Assembly: GCA_963799845.1 (NCBI GenBank)
Contig: CAWCYI010000006.1
Coordinates: 1,440,001-1,504,000 of the forward strand
Reading direction: 5' to 3'
From: an uncultured Nitrososphaerota archaeon
Lineage (GTDB): Archaea; Thermoproteota; Nitrososphaeria; Nitrososphaerales; CADDZS01
Length of the DNA: 64,000 bases
Shown here: piece after piece, positions 57,555-64,000 of the stretch
Position numbering within the stretch: the stretch's first letter is position 1
How the letters are laid out: each line of letters starts with the position of its first letter
Position numbers and translations under genes: made by a program
The notes under the pieces: model-generated
The model's database searches: none
Seen by the model: the letters and a program-made list of their open reading frames with translations, nothing else
Told to the model about the DNA's origin: nothing

Positions 57555-60229
57555 GTACGCGCACTTTTGCAAGCATCCACGTTATCGGACTCGGGGGAGC
57601 CGGCACAAACGTAATCCAGTCCCTCATAGAGAGCAAGAGGTTCACTCAACTTCTTTCTTCTGAGGATTTTTCGATCGCTTGCCTAGCTCTGGATATCGCG
57701 GAGGCGGATCTCGCCAATCTCCAAAAATCGTACAGGAGCGTTCAATCGGTTCTGGAAACGAAGGGGATTTCTCTTGAGAGACTCTGGGTCAGAGGTCTCA
57801 ACATAAAGTTCAGCACTCCTGACGCGCTGTTTGAGTTCATGGGCAAGTTCAACGGATATTTGATGAAGGATGGCATTCACGTAAACAACTACAAGCCCTG
57901 GATTGCAACGTCCATGTCCATTCCGCCACTCGCGGGTGGCGTAGGAAGGATGCGCTCCCTGAGCAAGGCAGTCTATAACCTGAATTACTATCATTACATG
58001 GAACTCAACAACGTGATGTCCGTTTTCAAGGACAAAGTTCTCACCTCCAAGAGGCAGCCAATTGTGGTACTCGTCTACGGTCTGGGTGGGGGAACCGGAA
58101 GCGGGATGTTGTTTGACTTTGCAAGGCATCTCAGATCCAAACTGGGCTCGTCAATTCCGATAATCGGTCTGTGTGTTTTGCCCAGCATTGCAGACGACCT
58201 TCTTGCAAGAGGACCGGCGTCGTTCACCAGCTTAATGGAAACAGACCTTCTATTCAACTTGGACCTGAACGAAATGGTTGCGAAGGAGTTTGGCGAAGCC
58301 TACCGCAACCCTTTCACCTCGCTCTTTTTTGTCCCACTGGAACCGGTGTACAACAACAGGAGCAATCTGGTGAACGCAAAGAAGGAACTGGACGATGCGA
58401 TCGTGGACACCCTGCACATACTCTCCACTTTCGATCTTGCGGATCTGCTTAGTCGGCTGGGGACGAACAACAATTTCGGTCCCAACTGGGTGCACACGAT
58501 GGCTTATTTGAAAATCAGGTATCCAGTGGACGATTACGTAGACTATTTTCACGAGTACCTCCATCTCACCGAGTTGATTGGAGGATTCATGAATCTCAAG
58601 AGGGAAGCTCTACTCCGGATAAACGAGACTCTGAACAACAGGTTCATCGAGTCCAAAGAACTTTATCGCAGACACCTCATTTCTATGAATCGCTATGCAG
58701 TGGAGACTTTTGACAAGGACGTCGAAGATGTAATCCACAGAGCCGGCAAGTTCGACTCGGAATTCAAAAGGCAGGCTAAGGGCCTCGAAGATTTCGTCCT
58801 CCGCTACAGTGATTCGTGGTCCAAGGTGCTGCAAGCCATGGTGTTCTCTGAGGATAGTGTGGAGTATTCCGTTGTATATCAGATAAAAAAGTGGAAAGAT
58901 CAGATTGCCCACATCGGCACGACATTTGAAGAATTGCAAAAAGACTTGCCTACTTCACTGTCTGAGCTGGAAGACACTCTGACGGCTAGCAAGCTTTTGA
59001 CTTCAAGCCAGATCCGACAGGTCCGCTCGTACGTCAGCTTTGTCTATCTGATCAACACGGCGCTTCAGACACTGACACTGTACATTAGAGCAAAAGCGCT
59101 CGCGGACGAAGTGGGGGTTCTCAACGGGAGGGACAACAAAGGTACCGCTGGAGGCAGCAGAAACGCCCGCGGCGCCAATAACAATGCTCCCGCAGAAGAG
59201 GCGCAGTTGCTTCCGCTGTTTAGGGCGGCCGGCTATATTCTGACGAGACCGGAGACCGAGGTGAAGGTCTCTGACCAGTATATTCCGGGTATCAGAGTAG
59301 TCAGGAAGAATGTAGATTCCACTTACAAAGAAGCCCTGGCAAACGCAGAATCCACTGAGAGATTGCTCGCTCAAAAGCAGACTGAGGTCACGAGACTCCA
59401 GAGGGAAGTAACGAAGGTGCGGATCGACGTGTCTGGAAAGAAGAAACTTTTGCAGAAGAGCCTGAACTCACTACACCACGATGCTGCAGCGCTCAGCGCG
59501 CAACTTTCCGAGCATAGAGCGGAGTGCGACAGGCTTCGGATTGAATCGGAGAAGCTGGCAGAACTTGAGAATGAATTGGAGATGGCCTCTCAGTACCACA
59601 AGACGCTCAGTCAAATCGTGATCAAGACGAATGAGCTGAACTCGAAGATGAGCGTGATCACGAATACCGGCAGCTACTACGAGAGGGTCGTGGAGCTGAG
59701 CGAAGCAGAGCAAGTGAAGATTATGGCGAAGATCCTTCGGGAGCAGGAAGAAGTGCTGAAGGGAGAAGGGATACTGAAGGAAATAGTGGACAAGGATCGA
59801 TTCAGGTCGATTGTGACGAGCTACATGAGGATCTTCAGCATTGCAAACTATTCCGGTCTCTCTGATAGTTTCCGAACGGACCTGATCTGGGCGACTGTCG
59901 GAATTCCTTCTGGCCTCTGGGATCAAGAGTTACAAGGATCCTTCGCAAATAGCCTCAACGTGTTTACCAGTATTGAATCGAGCAAGAGCATTTCCATTCG
60001 CCAGCTGAATGACATTGATCCCTGGACGATAACCTTCCTGATTATTCTCGCAAAAGCGAGGACGGATCAGCTAGAAAAGTTTCCGTCGATGAAAAATGAC
60101 ACGGAAGCTGTGAGCAAATCTGAAAGGGTTTTATTCAGAAGCTTCTTGCTGGAGCATGGAATTCAAAACATTGACGAGCTTACAATGAAGCTTGAGCAAC
60201 AAGAGTCCCCACACAAAGTGGAAGAATAG
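57551..60229 (+). CDS. Tubulin/FtsZ-superfamily GTPase (FtsZl1/Tubulin_2-like) with a large helical/coiled-coil insertion
   Basis: IGLGGAGTNV, LALD, GGVGRMR, signature YGLGGGTGSG (aa ~176-185), GLCVLP, T7-like FDLADL (aa ~294-299); heptad-rich region at aa ~590-700. Confidence 0.88.
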   Translation: MSTRTFASIHVIGLGGAGTNVIQSLIESKRFTQLLSSEDFSIACLALDIAEADLANLQKSYRSVQSVLETKGISLERLWVRGLNIKFSTPDALFEFMGKFNGYLMKDGIHVNNYKPWIATSMSIPPLAGGVGRMRSLSKAVYNLNYYHYMELNNVMSVFKDKVLTSKRQPIVVLVYGLGGGTGSGMLFDFARHLRSKLGSSIPIIGLCVLPSIADDLLARGPASFTSLMETDLLFNLDLNEMVAKEFGEAYRNPFTSLFFVPLEPVYNNRSNLVNAKKELDDAIVDTLHILSTFDLADLLSRLGTNNNFGPNWVHTMAYLKIRYPVDDYVDYFHEYLHLTELIGGFMNLKREALLRINETLNNRFIESKELYRRHLISMNRYAVETFDKDVEDVIHRAGKFDSEFKRQAKGLEDFVLRYSDSWSKVLQAMVFSEDSVEYSVVYQIKKWKDQIAHIGTTFEELQKDLPTSLSELEDTLTASKLLTSSQIRQVRSYVSFVYLINTALQTLTLYIRAKALADEVGVLNGRDNKGTAGGSRNARGANNNAPAEEAQLLPLFRAAGYILTRPETEVKVSDQYIPGIRVVRKNVDSTYKEALANAESTERLLAQKQTEVTRLQREVTKVRIDVSGKKKLLQKSLNSLHHDAAALSAQLSEHRAECDRLRIESEKLAELENELEMASQYHKTLSQIVIKTNELNSKMSVITNTGSYYERVVELSEAEQVKIMAKILREQEEVLKGEGILKEIVDKDRFRSIVTSYMRIFSIANYSGLSDSFRTDLIWATVGIPSGLWDQELQGSFANSLNVFTSIESSKSISIRQLNDIDPWTITFLIILAKARTDQLEKFPSMKNDTEAVSKSERVLFRSFLLEHGIQNIDELTMKLEQQESPHKVEE

Positions 60230-60332
60230 GGACTCTTGAAAGGACAGCAATATCAGCCTCAACGGGTCTTTGCTGGCGCGACGACTGTTACCACTGACAG
60301 CTGCATCGGTCGACAATAAAGAGGGGCCAGCG

Positions 60333-62635
60333 ATGTCCTCTTTGATGACGAAGGAATCTCCGAACACTTCTCCGGTCAGGGAGAAAATCAAGACCTACAC
60401 TTCTGCCCTAATTATCTGGATTGCCACGTTCGTGCTCCTTTCAGTAGTTCAGTTTCTTCCAGGAGATTCTATTTTAGCCGCCCTTCTGGGAGTTGGACTA
60501 TCCTTAGTTTATCTGAAAGCGGGGGGCCTCGCGCTCATAATCCTTTACATTCTCACATACTTTGCGATTATCTGGCAGCTCCTAGGGTTTGGATTCTTCC
60601 AGCTGCTGACTACTTTGGTTGGTGTAGTCGTTATGTTGGCCTTGATTCTCACATTGCTGAGCTTTTTCCTTCTTCGGATCGAGGCAATCTCGATCTCGCT
60701 GGTCATTCTTTCGGTCTCCCTGATGCTCACACCGCTGTACTTTCTCTCGATACCGTTGATACTTGTGGGGATGCTTTACGAAGGCTTTGGCAGCGCGAGA
60801 GTGCAATCAATCAATTTTGTATTACTGCTGACTCCGTTTGTGCTACTGGACAATGGAATTTACTACAACTCCTCTCCAAACGTCGCTTCGAATCCGCCGA
60901 TTATTTTTTCGCAGCTAAGTAACCTCGCCAACAACCTCAGGCCGCCTTTGTCCGGAATCAACCTGCTCCAGGGAACCGCGCCCTCGAATTTCCTCTACGC
61001 GCACGCGCTATCCGTGTCAAACTTCATGCTCACGAGGAGCTACATCGTCTACATCCCTCTAATCCTCTTCGCGGCCGTGCTCATAGTAACCGTTTCAGTG
61101 GCGAGTTTTTTGACAAACTCCCTTTTGAAGAAAATTTCGGTCATTGAAGTGACTCAAAACTATTCCAGGATTTTTGAGCCGATAGTAACCTCAGTGATCG
61201 TTGCTCTAGCCTTTATAGCGATGATGCTCGGTTTGTCTCCGCTCGGCGCTAACGTTCTCCAGACCGGCATTTCAATTGACGCCGGTTCGTACTTTATGAT
61301 AGCGGGGTCGATCGGAGTAGCTGGCTTGCTGACGGGGACCGAGCTGACTTACCCAGAATTTAGAGCGCACCCAGCTTTCCAAGACTAAGCTTGAAGAGTT
61401 GCTCGCAGATCTTGACCGCAGGATCATGACAATCAACGGCGAAATGAAGGAAATATCCACAAACGCTCCCTCGATCGACCTGAGCTCAGAAAGGAAGACG
61501 CTTGCCGAATATGTCTCGTACGCAGATGATGTAAGGAAGCGGCTCCCAACCGCGAGTTATGATTCCTTTCAAAGCTGGACATCTGACATCGAGAACAGAA
61601 TATTTCCCTCTCTTGATTTAATGCCCAATCTGCTTAGGACGCGTCTCACGGCCGGATTGCAGGTGCTTTCATCTGTCTCCCTGACGACGAACAGTCACTT
61701 AGACGAGAGCAGAGTCTGTCGGACCAAGATACCCGTCAATGGATCAGTTTGCCGTGTCCAGTCAGTCACAATTAGATGAAGAGCTTCAAATTTACCAACG
61801 AGTCGTGGATTCGATTGAGAAAACGACGACAACACTTTTTGATCACTATGTTAAGTCGATCAGAGCGTACAGCGAGCTTATGCTCGTTGAAGAAGTCACG
61901 CCTCCAGTCAGTCCGGCTTCATTGCTCGCCTCACGAGATTACGTTACCGCAATGAAGCTGGTTTCAGATGATTACTGGCTGAACTTTCACGTCAGAGAAA
62001 GTGAAAAGTACAGTGAAAAACTAAAGATGTTTCTCGATGCTGTGTCCAAGCTTTCGAGCGTTTCCAACGGAGAAGATGCCGAGCGATTGACTCGATTAAT
62101 CGCGATGAGCGCGAACATCTCTCCCTCGAGCGCGCCTTTGATGCTCGAGAATATCAGCAAAGTTATTGAATTTCTAAGAGATGCGATGGCGCGAGCCATA
62201 GATGAGATCGAGACTGTGAAAAAACTGGTGGCTACGGTGGACCCATCTTTCTCGAATGTGTTGAAGCTTAACACGACCGGGATCCTGGACGAGATGCTCG
62301 CAATCCAGAGCACGATGCGCGGAGCAAAGCCGGACTTTAGCGACGCAATCTCTCTTTCGAAGGAAGCCTTACCAATCCTCCTGGTTCTTTCGGAATACAG
62401 GAAGATGGACTCGGAGAGTCTTGTAGTAATATCCCAGTATCCGGTGGCGGTCAGGCTTTTGCATCGACTCTTTGACGAAAACAAAGAGGTGGTTCGTACG
62501 AGCGAGCTTCCCTTCCAGCGGGATGTAGCAAAATTCTTCGTCAGATCCCTTGCCGCGTCCAGCCGATCTTACTCGTACAACGAAGAGCGTGAGGAGCTCT
62601 CCTATGAGCAGGATAAAATGTATCAACGGTCATGA
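60333..62635 (+). CDS. Polytopic membrane protein with a long C-terminal helical domain (two extra bases, near 61347 and 61715)
   Basis: ORFs 60270..61388, 61399..61779 and 61739..62635 step +1 frame each and join into ~766 aa (TELLTQNLER...; SRAVGPRYPSMDQ). About 8-9 TMs, then charged helices. Confidence 0.7.
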
Positions 62636-63698
62636 AGAGTCCGAGTCCACTGCACTACGCTTGATGTGCAGCAACTGTGGAGGCGCCATGTTGTACAAAG
62701 ACGCCTGCGTCCAGCAGCTCCAGAATTTGCCCAAGGTGGAGCCCCCTTTCGAAAAGGTTTCAGTGATCTTTGCTGGATTGCCAAAGTCATCACCATTGGA
62801 GGGAGAGGACAGGGGCGTTTACGCCGCGTCCATAGTTGCCGGGGACGACGAAATCGAAAAAGTAGAAACTTTCACGATGAGGAGGTCCGAAGGAACGAGC
62901 TGGTTTGATTTTTACTCAAAGTACCTCGACAAGCTCGGCAGATGGATGAAGTTTGTCGGCCTCGGCCGATCTCACTACAGACTTTTGGTGGTGGACACAA
63001 GGAGACCCATATCCGTGCTCGTTCTTGCTGCAATCTCGCAATTTGGGAAAAATACAATCGTTCTTATGGTAACAGCCGATCAGACATCCACGCTGATCGA
63101 ACAGAACACGAGCTATGTCGCCATATCTACCGCCCTAAAATATAGCTTTCCATTAATCGCAGTCTCCACCTCATACGTAGATGACCTGATTTTCTACACG
63201 GAAAACGATGGACTCGTTGTCCGTTCTCAAGCTCTTATGCCCGTAATACACCTCTTGGTTTCTTCAATCGACAGCGTCACGGATATGATGGGAAACGATG
63301 TGCGTCTGGGAATAAGGGAGCACTGTCTTTCTGCCATCCTGTCAGCGTCTGAAAAAGTCTATCCCTCGGTAGACGATGTGCTCTACACGCAAGAGTCAAG
63401 CTTTTCGATTAATGCAAAAAAGGCCGATGTTTCGACGGCGTACTTGTTAGCTTTCGCTCCGGTAGATGTCCTGAATAGAATCGACAAAGCATTCTCAAAG
63501 TACAGGAGACAGGAATTGAAGGACGTTATAGGTGCCGATCATCAGGGGTACCCGAGAGATATGGGTGCATCCTCTGCTTTCTACGACCTCATGATGATCT
63601 ACGGGATCAAGGAAGGATCCACGTTCGCGCCACTGAAGAAAGGGTACGAGTCGGTGGCGAGCAAGGTTTCCGATCTAAGTGTCGAGAAGGTGATGTGA
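62604..63698 (+). CDS. Zn-ribbon protein with a probable degenerate tubulin/CetZ-like domain
   Basis: CINGH...CSNC at the N-terminus; IVLMVTA...STLIEQNTSY.AI..AL....LIAV, AYLLAFAP, GAD..GYP and DLMMIYGI follow the order of tubulin/CetZ elements; no GGGTG motif. Confidence 0.6.
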   Translation: MSRIKCINGHEESESTALRLMCSNCGGAMLYKDACVQQLQNLPKVEPPFEKVSVIFAGLPKSSPLEGEDRGVYAASIVAGDDEIEKVETFTMRRSEGTSWFDFYSKYLDKLGRWMKFVGLGRSHYRLLVVDTRRPISVLVLAAISQFGKNTIVLMVTADQTSTLIEQNTSYVAISTALKYSFPLIAVSTSYVDDLIFYTENDGLVVRSQALMPVIHLLVSSIDSVTDMMGNDVRLGIREHCLSAILSASEKVYPSVDDVLYTQESSFSINAKKADVSTAYLLAFAPVDVLNRIDKAFSKYRRQELKDVIGADHQGYPRDMGASSAFYDLMMIYGIKEGSTFAPLKKGYESVASKVSDLSVEKVM

Positions 63699-63703
63699 TC
63701 ACA

Positions 63704-64000
63704 ATGAGCGAAGCTGTATTCGACCTTCAATCGGTGAAGTACCAGGGCAGGATACACAAGAAATGCACTCTCTACGTGAACGACGAGCGAAGCGAAGCCA
63801 AGATTCTGGCGACGAAAAACCGTATCTTTTTCATGAACCGTCAGCTGTACTTTTTGAATCGACCCGTTTCACTGCTGTCGTTTACATACGATGCGTCCAC
63901 TACGGTAGATGTCCAGGGACGGTTACTGACGGTCAACAAGGACATTTTGATGGAAGCAAGCGAGCAGGGTGAATCTACAAGGATCGCTGATCTGATGCTT
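63704..64000 (+). CDS. Hypothetical protein, 3'-truncated by the window edge
   Basis: ATG 5 bp after the previous stop; the frame MSEAVFDLQSVKYQGR... stays open to base 64000. Confidence 0.7.
   Translation, partial: MSEAVFDLQSVKYQGRIHKKCTLYVNDERSEAKILATKNRIFFMNRQLYFLNRPVSLLSFTYDASTTVDVQGRLLTVNKDILMEASEQGESTRIADLML

Noticed and set aside
57551-60229. Calling this gene ftsZ, cetZ or a eukaryote-like tubulin
   Set aside because: It is 892 aa with a large insertion, lacks the FtsZ GAG..P..G and NTD motifs, and has no division-gene neighbours. Only superfamily-level assignment is supportable.
178-63972. Numerous antisense and alternative-frame ORFs nested in long genes
   Set aside because: They overlap well-supported CDSs and carry no independent motifs.

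Overview
Archaeal chromosomal DNA, most likely from a non-ammonia-oxidising, acid-adapted Nitrososphaerota-like lineage. This is inferred from the UPF0147 gene, the COG1361 ABC operon, thermopsin-type repeats, a sedolisin, an S-layer-type C-terminal domain and TATA/BRE promoters. Left part (1-24 kb): a DEAH/RHA helicase, ABC transporters, secreted repeat proteins, an AbrB-PIN toxin-antitoxin pair and a 1930-aa S53 protease. Middle part (24-50 kb): a probable S-layer gene pair followed by a ~22-kb glycosylation island containing an internally deleted IS5-family element. Right part (51-64 kb): gene remnants, two tandem unannotated 34-aa LIM-like zinc-finger microproteins, and the most notable feature, a co-oriented operon that runs off the window end. 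That operon encodes two surface proteins, an 892-aa tubulin/FtsZ-superfamily GTPase with a ~445-aa helical/coiled-coil insertion, a polytopic membrane/helical protein, and a Zn-ribbon protein carrying an apparently degenerate second tubulin-like domain. Separately, nine reading-frame lesions in otherwise intact genes sit at or next to AGCT, which points to methylation-linked sequencing errors rather than real pseudogenes. No rRNA, tRNA or CRISPR array was seen.
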